Shown piece after piece: positions 33,783 through 44,906 of a stretch of DNA of 63,031 nt. The stretch is from an uncultured bacterium. GTDB lineage: Bacteria > Bacillota > Clostridia > Oscillospirales > CAG-272. Each line of letters begins with the position of its first letter. Position 1 is the first letter of the stretch. A program made the translations under genes and the position numbers. Under the pieces are notes generated by a model. It was not told the DNA's origin and searched no databases. It saw only the letters and a list, made by a program, of their open reading frames with translations. The DNA is taken from NCBI GenBank assembly GCA_949293405.1, contig CASFDI010000032.1:1-63031 (forward strand). The letters are read 5' to 3'.

Positions 33783-36416
33783 TTATTGCCCGACCGTCAG
33801 CATTTTCTTCAGGCTGTAAACGAAATTCAGCGCTTCAATCGGAGTGAGCGTATTAAGATCAATCTGCCTGATTTTTTCCGCGACATCTTCCGCTTCACTT
33901 CGGGCAAGAACCTGCAGCATATCGGGCTCCTGTACCGACTGAGTGCGAGCGGGAGAGCCGGTTTTCGGTCTCTCTTCCCCGTTTTCAATCTGGGCGAGAA
34001 CCTCCCGTGCCCGCTTGACCACCTCATTCGGCACCCCGGCAAGTTTCGCTACTTCAATGCCGTAACTGTCGTCGGTTGCCCCCTTGACGATTTTGCGCAG
34101 GAAGGTGATCGTGTCACCTCTTTTTTTCGCGGCGATATGGTAGTTGATCACGCCCTCATACTGTCCTTCCAGAGCGGTCAGTTCATGGTAATGCGTTGCA
34201 AACAGTGTTTTGGCGCCCAGTTTTTTCCCGGCCGTATACTCCACTACTGCACGCGCAATACTCATGCCGTCGTATGTACTGGTACCACGCCCTACTTCAT
34301 CGTATATGATCAGCGAGCGCCTGGTAGCATTGCGTAGGATATTGGCCACTTCGGTCATTTCCAGCATGAAAGTGGACTGTCCGGAAGCAAGGTCATCCGA
34401 AGCCCCTACCCGGGTAAACAGTTTATCCACCACTCCGATATGAGCCGATGATGCCGGGACAAAAGAACCGATCTGTGCCAGCAGGGTGATAATCGCCACC
34501 TGACGCATATAAGTGGATTTACCTGCCATGTTGGGTCCGGTGATCAGCATCAGCCTGTTTTTCCCGGTTGAAAGATCGGTATCGTTGGGAACGAAGTAAC
34601 TGTCGGTCACAAAGCGTTCCACCACCGGATGGCGGCCATCCCGGATCTCAATACGGTCTCCGGAATCCACCTCGGGACAGACATAGCGGTGTTTGGTCGC
34701 TGTATCAGCAAGCGCGGCATATACATCGAGGGTCGCCAGTTTATCCGCAGTCTGCTGAATACGGCCGGCAACCGATGCTACCGTATCGCGCACCGAACAG
34801 AACAATTCGTACTCCAGCGCACACAGTTTTTCCGATGCGCCGAGAACGGTGGTCTCCATTTCCTTCAGTTCCTGCGTAATAAAGCGCTCGCAATTGGTAA
34901 GCGTCTGCTTACGGATATAATGCGCGGGAACACTTTCCGCAAAGGATTTTGATACTTCAATATAGTACCCGAACACCTTATTATAGCCCACTTTCAGAGT
35001 GCGGATACCCGTGGCTTCTTTTTCACGGGCTTCAATATCCCGCATCCAGCCGTCTCCGCTTTCCCCGATTGCACGCAGTTTATCCACTTCCGTATTGTAG
35101 CCGGCACGGATCATGCCGCCGTCCCGCACACTGAAAGGTGGATCATCATTCAGCGCCGACGAGAGCAGTCCGGACAGATCACTCAGCACATCGAAATCCT
35201 CCGCTGTCTCGTGCAGTCCCGCACTGCGGGCATCCGCCAGAAGAGAGGCGATCGCGGGCAGATCTGCAATGCTGCGCCCGATGGCGGCAAGATCGCGGGC
35301 ATTGGCAGTACCGTATACAGCGCGTGCGGTCAGCCGTTCCAGATCCAGAATATTCCCCAGGTAATTGCGCAGCTCTTCGCGCAGCATAAACTGCTCGCTC
35401 AACTCTCTGACGGCGGACTGGCGTTTCCCGATTGCGACCGGATTGAGCAGTGGACGCAGCAGCCAGGAGCGGAGCAGGCGCGCGCCCATGGAAGTGCGCG
35501 TCTGATCCAGAACCCAGAGCAGTGAGCCGCGTTTTTCTTTCGTGCGCATCGATTCGGTCAGTTCCAAGTTGCGTCGGGTAGCTGCATCAATCTCCAGATA
35601 TTCCCCGTCGGTATAGACTTCAATCCCCTTGACAAAAGATGCATCGCACATCTGGGTTTTGTGAATGTATCCGAGCAAAGCGCCGGCGGCCATCCGTGCC
35701 GCAGGCGTCTGTAACTGATCGGCGCCCGGAATATCCCGCAACAGACGGTCCGCCTCATTGACATCAAAGAGCATGGGCAGGTCATCGGTCAGCATGGCAC
35801 CGCACCGGTTGGTCAGAAGATCCGCAAGATCACGCTGTGTGACAGCAGGAACGCTGAGAATAGCCTCGCGTGGCATATAGGCACCGATTTCCCGCAGCAG
35901 TCTCTCGCCTCGGTCCGGCCCGGTCAGCACAGTCACCCGCACCTCTCCGGTCGAAATATCCGCAAATCCGAGTCCGGTTTCCTCATCTGTCAGACAGACC
36001 GCAGCCAGATAGTTGTTGCTCTGGTCGGGCAACAGAGAACCGTCTGTCACCGTGCCGGGGGTGACGACCCGTATTACCTGGCGCTTAACCAGTCCTTTTG
36101 CCAGGGCGGGGTCTTCGGTCTGCTCGCAAACCGCAACTTTGAATCCTTTTTCTACCAGTTTGCCGATATATAAATCCGCTTTGTGAAACGGCACACCGCA
36201 CATTGCCGCTCGTTTTCCGTCTCCGCAGTCCCGTCCGGTCAGGGTCAGCTCCAGTGCCGCAGACACACGCACGGCGTCCTCGAAGAACATTTCGTAAAAA
36301 TCCCCGAGGCGGTACATCAGCACATAATCGGCATATTCGGCTTTTACATCCAAATATTGTTGCATCATGGGTGTAACAGTCTGCAGTTCTGCAATGCTTG
36401 AAATGAGTTCGGCCAT
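33783..36416 (-). CDS. mutS: DNA mismatch repair protein MutS
   Basis: TPMMQQY N-terminus, GPNMAGKSTYMRQ Walker A, 877 aa. Confidence 0.95.
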   Translation of the reverse strand: MAELISSIAELQTVTPMMQQYLDVKAEYADYVLMYRLGDFYEMFFEDAVRVSAALELTLTGRDCGDGKRAAMCGVPFHKADLYIGKLVEKGFKVAVCEQTEDPALAKGLVKRQVIRVVTPGTVTDGSLLPDQSNNYLAAVCLTDEETGLGFADISTGEVRVTVLTGPDRGERLLREIGAYMPREAILSVPAVTQRDLADLLTNRCGAMLTDDLPMLFDVNEADRLLRDIPGADQLQTPAARMAAGALLGYIHKTQMCDASFVKGIEVYTDGEYLEIDAATRRNLELTESMRTKEKRGSLLWVLDQTRTSMGARLLRSWLLRPLLNPVAIGKRQSAVRELSEQFMLREELRNYLGNILDLERLTARAVYGTANARDLAAIGRSIADLPAIASLLADARSAGLHETAEDFDVLSDLSGLLSSALNDDPPFSVRDGGMIRAGYNTEVDKLRAIGESGDGWMRDIEAREKEATGIRTLKVGYNKVFGYYIEVSKSFAESVPAHYIRKQTLTNCERFITQELKEMETTVLGASEKLCALEYELFCSVRDTVASVAGRIQQTADKLATLDVYAALADTATKHRYVCPEVDSGDRIEIRDGRHPVVERFVTDSYFVPNDTDLSTGKNRLMLITGPNMAGKSTYMRQVAIITLLAQIGSFVPASSAHIGVVDKLFTRVGASDDLASGQSTFMLEMTEVANILRNATRRSLIIYDEVGRGTSTYDGMSIARAVVEYTAGKKLGAKTLFATHYHELTALEGQYEGVINYHIAAKKRGDTITFLRKIVKGATDDSYGIEVAKLAGVPNEVVKRAREVLAQIENGEERPKTGSPARTQSVQEPDMLQVLARSEAEDVAEKIRQIDLNTLTPIEALNFVYSLKKMLTVGQ

Positions 36417-36444
36417 TGGTTTCTCCGATTTCAGATTTTAATCA

Positions 36445-36843
36445 TCATTCTCTGGAAGCGCACGCACTCTGACAGGTGGAACAATCGTGCGTGCAGGGCC
36501 GCGTTCCGAAGACCGCAAACTGAATTTCCGAATTGACCTGGTTCATCAGTTCTGTGACCTGCTGCTGTGCTTCCGAGAACTGCCGGTAATCCTCAATGAC
36601 TACAATTTGCTTTGCCAGCACATCGATCCGGTCGCGGATCAGAGAGATCAGCGTGGCATTCTGTTGATCCGGCTCTTTCTTGAATTCCTCCCCCAGCACA
36701 CGACGCTGAGTATTATACTCAAACATCAGCTGCTGAAGTTCCTGATTGGTATCATATGCCTGCTTGGCCGTGCGATACCGCTGCATGATGGGATCATTTT
36801 TAATTGCTTCGCCCAATGCCTGGGCATGTTCAGTTACAGTCAT
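36445..36843 (-). CDS. YlbF/YmcA-family regulator (RicA-like by synteny)
   Basis: The helical ~130-aa protein sits between miaB and mutS, where B. subtilis has ymcA. Cys-rich tail CTHDCSTCQSAC. Confidence 0.65.
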   Translation of the reverse strand: MTVTEHAQALGEAIKNDPIMQRYRTAKQAYDTNQELQQLMFEYNTQRRVLGEEFKKEPDQQNATLISLIRDRIDVLAKQIVVIEDYRQFSEAQQQVTELMNQVNSEIQFAVFGTRPCTHDCSTCQSACASRE

Positions 36844-36855
36844 GGTACTCTCCTT

Positions 36856-38277
36856 TTATCCGGCATCCGTGCCGGTACGGACAGCTGTGCCGTAAAGTGC
36901 AAACGGTTCACATCTGTCAATTTCAACATCAATAAAACGGCCGATATCGTCAGGCAGACCGTCATAATGGACCAGTTTATTCCCTCCGGTGCGTCCGCTG
37001 TACAGTCCGGATGCACCGTCTTTTGAAGGGCCGTCGGACAAAACACGCACCGTCTTGCCGAGATAACCCGCAGCAATGCTGCCTGCCAGTTCATCCTGAA
37101 GCCGGAGCAGGCGCTGCATCCGCTCCCGCTTGATATCGTCCGGGACCTGGTCGGGACGGTCAGCCGCGGGAGTGCCCCGACGGGGCGAATAGAGAAACGA
37201 ATAAATCATATCGAACCGCGCCTGACGCATCACCTGAAGCGTCGCTTCAAAATCTTCTTCTGTCTCTCCGGGAAATCCGACGATGAGGTCGGTTGTAAGA
37301 GAGGCGTGTGGGACTGCCCGGCGGAAGTCGGCAACAATTCCGAGATAGTGCTCCCGGGTATATTTCCGATTCATCTCCCGCAGGATTCTGTCGCTTCCCG
37401 ACTGCAAAGGCAGATGCAGATGCGGCGCAACCTTCGGACAGTCTGCCATAACACGCAGCAACTGTGGTGAAGCATCCTTGGGATGGCTGGTCATGAACCG
37501 GACCAGAAACTCTCCGGGAAGTGAGGCCACATCGCGAAGCAAAGTCGGGAAATCACAGGAACCGGCATAGGAATTGACATTCTGGCCGAGCAGAGTGATA
37601 TCCCGGCAGCCGTCGGCAATCAACTGCCGCACTTCTTTGAGAATGGCTTCCCGGCTGCGGCTGCGCTCTCTGCCGCGCACATATGGCACGATGCAGTATG
37701 AGCAGAAGTTGTTGCATCCATACATGACCGACACCCAGGCTTTATGCCGGAAGCGGCGCACCGGTTCAATTCCCTCCGCGATCTTTGCGGACTGCTCCGG
37801 AACAGAAAAAAAGCGCTTACCGCTGCGCATTGCGTTGAGAACCATCTGCGCAAGCTGATCCGCCGCACCCGGCTGCAATGTAAATGAAACATAAGGGTAA
37901 CTGCTCTTGAACTGTTCCACCCGGGCAGGCTCAGCACTCATGCATCCACACACCCCGATGATACGGGATGGATCCTCACTTTTCAGATGCTTGAACTGTC
38001 CGATCACCGACAGCGCCTTGAGTTCCGCGTGTTCGCGGATTGCGCAGGTGTTGATCAGAATCAGAGAAGCCTGTTCGGGTTTTTCAACCGGCAAAAAACC
38101 CATGCTGCGGGCAGCTCCCAGCAGACGCTCGCTGTCCGCCTCATTCTGCTGACACCCGAAGGTCAGCACATAGACCCCCGGCCGTGCGCCGCCGAGCATT
38201 TGGCGGACTTCGTTTGCGGCACCGGCCGCATCCGGAAAATTGCTGATATCCATATTGCTCCCACAAACCGCCGTCAC
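36856..38277 (-). CDS. miaB: tRNA (i6A37) methylthiotransferase MiaB
   Basis: UPF0004 N-terminal domain, radical-SAM CNNFCSYC, and a TRAM domain. GTG start at 38277 overlaps the upstream stop; an ATG 8 codons downstream is an alternative. Confidence 0.9.
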   Translation of the reverse strand: MTAVCGSNMDISNFPDAAGAANEVRQMLGGARPGVYVLTFGCQQNEADSERLLGAARSMGFLPVEKPEQASLILINTCAIREHAELKALSVIGQFKHLKSEDPSRIIGVCGCMSAEPARVEQFKSSYPYVSFTLQPGAADQLAQMVLNAMRSGKRFFSVPEQSAKIAEGIEPVRRFRHKAWVSVMYGCNNFCSYCIVPYVRGRERSRSREAILKEVRQLIADGCRDITLLGQNVNSYAGSCDFPTLLRDVASLPGEFLVRFMTSHPKDASPQLLRVMADCPKVAPHLHLPLQSGSDRILREMNRKYTREHYLGIVADFRRAVPHASLTTDLIVGFPGETEEDFEATLQVMRQARFDMIYSFLYSPRRGTPAADRPDQVPDDIKRERMQRLLRLQDELAGSIAAGYLGKTVRVLSDGPSKDGASGLYSGRTGGNKLVHYDGLPDDIGRFIDVEIDRCEPFALYGTAVRTGTDAG

Positions 38278-39014
38278 GGCAGATAATTGAAATAATAATG
38301 CACTGTCAGATCCAGATCCTCATACCGGTACCCGGCGGAAAAGATAATAGCAAGCTGACGATCTGCCGGCAGGCCAAGAAAATCAAAAGAATTTCCCTCC
38401 CCGGATGACACCAGCTCTCCCCTGGCGTCAAATACACGCACATACAGGGACTGCGGCTGTTTCTGAAAATTAAGTCGTTGCAGTGCTGCAAGGTCGCTGA
38501 TGGACTGGATCTGCAGCTGGGCGTCCGGCCCGGGATAGGAAGCTGAGGATTCATCAGATAACTTTGTCGCATCGACGCCGGCCGCAAGAATACGGTTGTT
38601 ATCAATGGTCAGAAGAGGCAGCTCCAGCACATAATACCGCTCATTGGAAGACTGCAACACGGCGGTTGCCTGACCTGCGCTGAGCCACAGGTTGGCGTAT
38701 TCGTTTTTCTCTTGCGTATGGAAGGTAACATTGTAAGCCTGATATTTGCTGTCCAGATTATCAGACGGTTCCGAGACACGCTCCATATTCTGAATCAGAA
38801 CGAAAAACAACTGATATACCGCATCTGCCGGCTGATATGTGACGGAAGTGTACGGATCTGTATTTTCAGTCAGGGTAATGGCACTGACTTCTTCAGCTTT
38901 CGGAAAATCGCCTGCCTTGCGTACCGCATTGGTCAGAAGAAGAATAGGAGTCAGAAGCAGCAGCACACCGACAGCAACCCAAGCGGCGAGCTTGAGCATG
39001 CGCATTCTGTTCAT
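38274..39014 (-). CDS. hypothetical membrane-anchored protein
   Basis: N-terminal TM (LKLAAWVAVGVLLLLTPILLL) and a ~210-aa extracytoplasmic domain. 4-nt overlaps with both neighbours. No family recognised. Confidence 0.55.
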   Translation of the reverse strand: MNRMRMLKLAAWVAVGVLLLLTPILLLTNAVRKAGDFPKAEEVSAITLTENTDPYTSVTYQPADAVYQLFFVLIQNMERVSEPSDNLDSKYQAYNVTFHTQEKNEYANLWLSAGQATAVLQSSNERYYVLELPLLTIDNNRILAAGVDATKLSDESSASYPGPDAQLQIQSISDLAALQRLNFQKQPQSLYVRVFDARGELVSSGEGNSFDFLGLPADRQLAIIFSAGYRYEDLDLTVHYYFNYLP

Positions 39015-39718
39015 ATCTGACTCCTTTCCTCCGGGCTTGCGGCAAGTCTGTTGATCACATGTCCGGCAATCAGCAGACCGGCGACTGCCGGAACATATGA
39101 AATGGAAGACGGGACGCGCGAGCCGACCGAAGCGGGCTGTTCCGTACTCCAGAGTGCACTCACATGGCGGATTCCGCGTTTTCCGAGTTCACGCCTCATA
39201 GCCCGCGCCAGAGGGCACACCGTGCTCTTTGCCAGATCACCGATGACAAAGCGCGAAGCATCCAGCTTATTTCCGGTACCCATACAGGATATAACCGGAA
39301 CATTCTGCCGCACACACGCCTCAATCAGTCCGATCTTGGCCGATACCGTGTCAATCGCATCCACAACGAAACCGGGATGGATCTCTTCAATCAGTCCACT
39401 TGCATTCTGTTCCTGCAGGAACAGATCCAACAGGTGCACTTCCGCGTCGGGATTAATATCCGACACACGCTCGCGTGCCACCTCGGTTTTACGCCGACCA
39501 ACCGTACTGCGCAGTGCCAGAATCTGTCTGTTGCAGTTATCCGTAGAAACCGTATCACAGTCGAGCAACCACAAATGACCGACACCCGCACGGGCGAGTG
39601 CTTCCAGAACATATCCTCCGACACCGCCAAGACCGCAGAGCAATACCGATGCATCCGCAAGGCGTGACACCGCGTCCCCGCCGATCAGGCTGACTGTTCT
39701 GGTAAGCCATTGCTCCAT
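39011..39718 (-). CDS. tcdA: tRNA threonylcarbamoyladenosine dehydratase (ThiF/E1-like)
   Basis: GLGGVGGYVLEALARAGVG Rossmann loop and NCNRQ motif; the size is typical of TcdA/CsdL. Confidence 0.8.
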   Translation of the reverse strand: MEQWLTRTVSLIGGDAVSRLADASVLLCGLGGVGGYVLEALARAGVGHLWLLDCDTVSTDNCNRQILALRSTVGRRKTEVARERVSDINPDAEVHLLDLFLQEQNASGLIEEIHPGFVVDAIDTVSAKIGLIEACVRQNVPVISCMGTGNKLDASRFVIGDLAKSTVCPLARAMRRELGKRGIRHVSALWSTEQPASVGSRVPSSISYVPAVAGLLIAGHVINRLAASPEERSQI

Positions 39719-39807
39719 TCAAACGGATCCTCCGAAATTCTGAAATCAATCATCATTTTCAAATCTTTTCGCCCCTGATGTACAGCGGCAAACCGGGCGC
39801 ATCCCGA

Positions 39808-40959
39808 TCAGTCATGCAGATCGAGGCAGGCGTATACCGCATTGCGCAACCGGGGCTGCATCAGAGTGTGCCGCCCACCGAGATGTTCAAAATAAACAAA
39901 CGCAAGATGGTGTTCCGGTACGATAGACAGATAAACTCCCTTGGCGCCGTCCCATCCGAATTCTCCCAACGGCGTCAGAGCCCCGGACCCGACCCGATCG
40001 ATGTGCACCCGGACCCCCAGACCGTATCCGTAACCGTTAAGTTGCGGCCAGGGGTGACATTCGTCGGCAAGATTGCCGCGCATTCTGTTGGTCCGCATCA
40101 GGTCGATCGCAGCCCCGGATAGGATCCGTGCCCCGTTTCTGCCCACACCCCGATTTGCCATGGCATCGGCAAACAGGATATATTCTTCCAGCGAGGAAAT
40201 CAGTCCGGCACCGCCGCTCTCATATTCCGACCCGAGCCGGTACACATTGGAGTCATTTCGCGCAATCGCCCGCTGCTCGGCCTCGTTCCAGTCGTATGCC
40301 GTGGCGAAATGAGATCTGATGTAATCGTCGGCACGAAATCCTGTATGCTCCATGCCCAGCGGATCAAAGATATTGCGGCGCAGATATTCACCGAGCCGCA
40401 TGCCGGAGACCTCTTCAATGACTGCCCCCAGCACATCATGACACAAACTGTAACGGAAGTGCGTGCCCGGATCAAATTCAAGCGGATCCTGCGCAAGGGC
40501 ATCCACCACTGCCCGTGTCGGGCAGGCCCCTGCCGTCTGTTCCCTGACACGGGTGACGGAAGGACGATCCAGATCGTAGTTCAACCCGCCGGTCATGCTC
40601 ATCAGATGCGCCACTGTCATCACAGTGCGTGGCGCTCTGACAAATTCAGTCCCGTCAAAGCTGCGGTCACGCACCTGCACATGTCTGAAGGCAGGCAGAA
40701 TATCTGCGACAGACGTATCGGGATGAAGCCGGCCGGTCTCTATCAGCTGCATAGCGCCTGTACAGACAATCGGCTTGGTCGCACTGTAGATGTTGTAAAA
40801 ATAGCCGGGGGTGAGCAGGTTCCCCCGTTCGGCATTCTCATATCCGGTATAGTGGCTGTACAGTTCCCGGTGATCCTGCCAGATCTTCAGCGAGCAACCG
40901 GGAATTCCGATAGACGAAGGGTAGTGATCCAGAAAATATGTCAGCTTATCGAAATCCAT
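39808..40959 (-). CDS. serine hydrolase, beta-lactamase/esterase family
   Basis: SATK (SxxK) nucleophile motif near the N-terminus; ~380 aa, with a class C beta-lactamase-like layout. Confidence 0.75.
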   Translation of the reverse strand: MDFDKLTYFLDHYPSSIGIPGCSLKIWQDHRELYSHYTGYENAERGNLLTPGYFYNIYSATKPIVCTGAMQLIETGRLHPDTSVADILPAFRHVQVRDRSFDGTEFVRAPRTVMTVAHLMSMTGGLNYDLDRPSVTRVREQTAGACPTRAVVDALAQDPLEFDPGTHFRYSLCHDVLGAVIEEVSGMRLGEYLRRNIFDPLGMEHTGFRADDYIRSHFATAYDWNEAEQRAIARNDSNVYRLGSEYESGGAGLISSLEEYILFADAMANRGVGRNGARILSGAAIDLMRTNRMRGNLADECHPWPQLNGYGYGLGVRVHIDRVGSGALTPLGEFGWDGAKGVYLSIVPEHHLAFVYFEHLGGRHTLMQPRLRNAVYACLDLHD

Positions 40960-41061
40960 GTTTCAGTTCCCTTTCCGACAAAGCAGAAAATTTACTGATA
41001 TATTATAGCACAAATGCGTATATTTGTAAAGCATGCTTCCCCGCTTTTCTACATGATCCAC

Positions 41062-41090
41062 TTGTTTTTTACAAAAAACCATGCTATAAT
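41062..41090 (+). promoter_or_regulatory. promoter of the parvulin gene (extended -10)
   Basis: TTGTTT, 17-nt spacer, TGcTATAAT (41082-41090). Confidence 0.45.
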
Positions 41091-41142
41091 AGGGATACTT
41101 TGCGCGTGCCCCGGCACGCGTCCATGGAAGAAGGAGTCAGAA

Positions 41143-41886
41143 ATGAACAACTCAAAAGTGCTGGCAACTGTCAACGGCCAGCCGATAACAGACGCGGATG
41201 TGGACGCCATGATTCAGTCGCTGGCACAGCGCGGACAGCGCGTCACGAGCCAGGAAGAACGCCGGGCGGTGCTCGAACAGGTGATCAATCAGAAACTGCT
41301 GCACCTGGACGCCGTGCGCAACCTCTATGAAAGAGAACCTGCTTTCAAAGCGCAGCTGGCCCAACTCAAGGACAGCCTGCTGGTCAGTTATGCACTGGAA
41401 AAAGCGTTCGAAAATATCCGGGTGTCCGATGCGGATGTGAAGAAATATTACGAGGAGCATCCCGACCAGTTTGCCGGTGAGGAAACGGTCAGTGCAAGCC
41501 ATATTCTGGTAGACACCGAAGCGGAAGCGACCGATATACGCAAACGGCTTGATGACGGACTTACCTTTGAGACTGCGGCAAGGCAGTACAGCAAGTGCCC
41601 CTCGGGTGCACAGGGCGGGAGCCTTGGTGAATTCGGAAAGGGCCAGATGGTACCGGAATTTGAACAAGCGGCATTTTCGATGGAGCCCGGAGCAATTTCT
41701 CAGCCGGTCAAAACACAGTTCGGCTATCACATCATCCGCCTTGACAGCAAGCATGCGGCAGAAAAGATTCCGTTTGAACAGGTGAAAGAACAGATCCGTG
41801 CGCACCTGCTTGCGGAGAAACGGCAGGCAGCATACCGCAGCAAAATCAATCAACTTAAAATTCTCTACCCGGTTGATCTGTTCTGA
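41143..41886 (+). CDS. parvulin-type peptidyl-prolyl isomerase (PrsA/SurA-like, no signal peptide seen)
   Basis: ORF track 41014..41886, trimmed to MNNSKVLATVNGQPIT (AAGGAG upstream). PpiC domain SASHILV...FGYHIIRL. Confidence 0.85.
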   Translation: MNNSKVLATVNGQPITDADVDAMIQSLAQRGQRVTSQEERRAVLEQVINQKLLHLDAVRNLYEREPAFKAQLAQLKDSLLVSYALEKAFENIRVSDADVKKYYEEHPDQFAGEETVSASHILVDTEAEATDIRKRLDDGLTFETAARQYSKCPSGAQGGSLGEFGKGQMVPEFEQAAFSMEPGAISQPVKTQFGYHIIRLDSKHAAEKIPFEQVKEQIRAHLLAEKRQAAYRSKINQLKILYPVDLF

Positions 41887-41890
41887 TAGA

Positions 41891-41934
41891 AAAGGGGAAC
41901 ATTTCCTGATGTGGAAATATTCCCCTTTATTTTC
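41891..41934. terminator. terminator between convergent parvulin and rluA genes
   Basis: AAAGGGGAAcATTTCC-TGATGT-GGAAATaTTCCCCTTT (41891-41928) followed by ATTTT on the plus strand. Confidence 0.6.
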
Positions 41935-41942
41935 AGGCAGGA

Positions 41943-42611
41943 TCAGTTTTGCAAAAAGCAGGAAAAGGGAAATTCAGCATCGGGAGTGAAAGAAAAGGAC
42001 ATGCGCTCCCCCGTAACGGGATGCAGAAAAGAAAGTTCAGTAGCCCAAAGCGCCGGCAGACATCCTTTGAAGCGGCTGCCGTATTTGCCATCTCCCAGCA
42101 AAGGGTGCCGGCGAGATGCAAACTGTACACGGATCTGATGAAAACGGCCGGTGTGGGTCTCGACCCGCACCAGAGAGGCGCAAGTCCCCTCTACATCTCC
42201 GCAACGGAGCACCCGATACGAAAGGGATGCTTCGCGCACGCCGTTGCGCGGGCGCCTGACAACAAATGCCTTTCCCGACCGGTCCTTATACAGATAATCG
42301 CACCATGTCCCCTCCTCCGGCTGCGGTACGCCCGCCACAACAGCAAGATACGTTTTCCGGAATACGCCCGTTTTCTGCAGTTGTGCACATAGGGCAGCGG
42401 TTGCGTTTTGTTTTTTGGAAAAAACCAACAGTCCTCCTGTAGTCCGGTCCAGCCGGTGCACCAGCCCCGGCGCATCATTGTGCCCGCAATGCTCCGAAAA
42501 AAGGGTAAACAGATCCGGGTCTCCGGTCAGGTCCGGTTGTGTGGGTACCCCCTGTGGCTTCACTGCCACAGCGCAGAATTCGTCTTCGTACAGAATGTGC
42601 AGTATGGACAT
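41943..42611 (-). CDS. RluA-family pseudouridine synthase
   Basis: ORF track 41943..42701, trimmed to MSILHILYEDE (GAGGTGA upstream). Catalytic HRLDRTTGGLLVFSK. Confidence 0.85.
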   Translation of the reverse strand: MSILHILYEDEFCAVAVKPQGVPTQPDLTGDPDLFTLFSEHCGHNDAPGLVHRLDRTTGGLLVFSKKQNATAALCAQLQKTGVFRKTYLAVVAGVPQPEEGTWCDYLYKDRSGKAFVVRRPRNGVREASLSYRVLRCGDVEGTCASLVRVETHTGRFHQIRVQFASRRHPLLGDGKYGSRFKGCLPALWATELSFLHPVTGERMSFSFTPDAEFPFSCFLQN

Positions 42612-42715
42612 AATCACCTCAGGCAGAAGATCCCGCCGTGCCGGGCGGGACGGAATTGTGCGTACCTCTCGGGGCGACGCCATCCGTTTGCCTTCCGGCA
42701 CGGCGGGAAGTTGTT

Positions 42716-44866
42716 TTAAGATTTCTGCGAATCGTCCGTCCCGCTCTGATCTGCGGGCTCCGTGTTATCGGAGTCCCCGTTTGCGTGAGCGGATCCGGAC
42801 TGATCAGTGCCGGATGCGGCTTCCCCATCGTTTTCATCCGGAGGACCGGCGGGCGCATCGGTGAATCCGAATGCCTGCCGCGCACGTTCTTCCGCTTCTC
42901 TGACACGGCGTGCAGCTTCTTCATTCTCCTGACGGCTGCGCTCCTCGCGGGCGCGCGCCATCTCGACCAACTGCTCAGTTGTTGCATTCTCATCCATCAG
43001 AGCTTTGAACTGCTCGCCGTCCATCACCTCATATGCAATGAGGAACTCTGCAATGCGGTGCAGCTTATCCATATTTGCACGCAGAATGCTTTCGGCTTTT
43101 TCCTGTGCAGTTGTGATGATGCGCTTGATCTCGCGGTCGATCAGCGCCGATGTCTCTTCTGACAAATTGTTGCCCGAACTGAAATCGCGACCGAGAAACA
43201 CCTCATCGCTGTCGTGCTCGCCGGCAAGACATACCGTTCCCAGCACTTCGCTCATTCCGTACACCGTAATCATCCGGCGCGCAATCCGCGTCGCCTGCTT
43301 GATATCGGAAGATGCTCCGCCGGTATAATCGTCAAACACCAGCATTTCAGCAACGCGTCCGCCCAAAAAGACCGTAATGTCGTTTTCCATGTTCTTTTTG
43401 AACTCGTAGGAGCGGTCCTTGGTAGGAGGAGTGAGCGTATATCCGCCCGCCCCCTTGCTTGTCGGGATCACCGAAATCCGGGTCACCGGATCCTGGCCGG
43501 GCAACAGATGTGCCAGAACCGCATGACCGGCCTCATGATAGGCGGTCAGTTTCTTGTCATCGGGTGTAATTTCGCGTTTCTTGTCGGAACCGACCAGCAC
43601 CTTCAGGGTGGCCTCATCCACTTCCCGCATTCCGATCAGCGACTTGCCGCGCCGGGCTGCGAGCAGAGCCGCCTCGTTCATCAGGTTGGCAAGATCCGCA
43701 CCGGTAAAGTAAACCGTTGCCTGTGCAACCTTGTGCAGATCCACATCCGCTTCCAGCGGTTTGTTGCGGACATGAACACGCAGAATCTCTTCGCGTCCCT
43801 TCAGATCAGGATAGTTGACTGTGATCTGGCGGTCAAAGCGTCCGGGACGCAGCAATGCCGGGTCCAGAATGTCGGGCCGGTTGGTAGCCGCCATGACGAT
43901 AACGCCTTCATGATTGCCGAAACCGTCCATCTCCACCAGCAACTGGTTCAGAGTCTGCTCTCGTTCGTCGTGACCGCCGCCCAATCCGGCGCCACGGTGA
44001 CGCCCCACAGCGTCAATCTCGTCAATAAAGATGATACTGGCAACATTCTTCCGGGCATTCTCAAACAGATCGCGGACACGGGATGCACCGACACCCACAT
44101 ACATCTCCACAAAATCAGATCCGGAGATCGAATAGAACGGCACGCCGGCTTCTCCGGCAACCGCTTTCGCCAATAGGGTCTTACCGGTACCGGGAGGGCC
44201 CACCAGTAATACACCGCGCGGAATGCGCGCTCCCAGTTTTACAAACTTTCCCGGGTTGCGCAGGAATTCTACAACTTCTTCCAGTTCTGCCTTTTCTTCA
44301 TCTGCACCCGCCACATCGGAGAAGCGGACCAGGTTCTTTTCCGCACTGCCCAGTTTGGCATGCGAACGCGCGAAGCCGCCCTTGGTAGCGGCTCCAGCAC
44401 CGCCGGAACGGACCGCCACCAGAATATAAATCCCGATGATTGCTCCCAACACGAGAATCCAGGGCAGGAAGGTGTAAAGGACGGGAGTCTGTTTCGGCTC
44501 CTCGTAGTTGAAATACTCAATGATGCCCTTCTGATACTGTTCTGTGGCGAGCGCGTGCACTTCTTCCACCTGAACAGACCAGTTCAGCTGATACTGATAG
44601 GTGTCAAGCACCGTCTGCAGGTTGCCGTTTTTATCAGGTTGCTGGACCACTGCCCCGTTTTCGTCCACACGCACCACCTTGATGGTGAGCATGTTATCAT
44701 CCCCGATCTCAACCGAGCGCACCCGTTCTTCGTTGAAAAAGGAAATCACATCGCCGTAACTGAGGCTCTGTGCGTTATTCCCCATGTCACCGAGCACCAT
44801 GGCGAACAAAAAGATCGCCACGATAACCAGCGCCCAGACAACAAGGTTTTTGTAATTAAATTTCAT
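42716..44866 (-). CDS. ftsH: ATP-dependent zinc metalloprotease FtsH
   Basis: [18 protein letters not shown], the SRH region, HEAGHAV zinc site, and an acidic low-complexity tail. Confidence 0.96.
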   Translation of the reverse strand: MKFNYKNLVVWALVIVAIFLFAMVLGDMGNNAQSLSYGDVISFFNEERVRSVEIGDDNMLTIKVVRVDENGAVVQQPDKNGNLQTVLDTYQYQLNWSVQVEEVHALATEQYQKGIIEYFNYEEPKQTPVLYTFLPWILVLGAIIGIYILVAVRSGGAGAATKGGFARSHAKLGSAEKNLVRFSDVAGADEEKAELEEVVEFLRNPGKFVKLGARIPRGVLLVGPPGTGKTLLAKAVAGEAGVPFYSISGSDFVEMYVGVGASRVRDLFENARKNVASIIFIDEIDAVGRHRGAGLGGGHDEREQTLNQLLVEMDGFGNHEGVIVMAATNRPDILDPALLRPGRFDRQITVNYPDLKGREEILRVHVRNKPLEADVDLHKVAQATVYFTGADLANLMNEAALLAARRGKSLIGMREVDEATLKVLVGSDKKREITPDDKKLTAYHEAGHAVLAHLLPGQDPVTRISVIPTSKGAGGYTLTPPTKDRSYEFKKNMENDITVFLGGRVAEMLVFDDYTGGASSDIKQATRIARRMITVYGMSEVLGTVCLAGEHDSDEVFLGRDFSSGNNLSEETSALIDREIKRIITTAQEKAESILRANMDKLHRIAEFLIAYEVMDGEQFKALMDENATTEQLVEMARAREERSRQENEEAARRVREAEERARQAFGFTDAPAGPPDENDGEAASGTDQSGSAHANGDSDNTEPADQSGTDDSQKS

Positions 44867-44906
44867 CCGTGCGTTACCATGCCTTTCTGAATAGTCCCCT
44901 GTTTGA

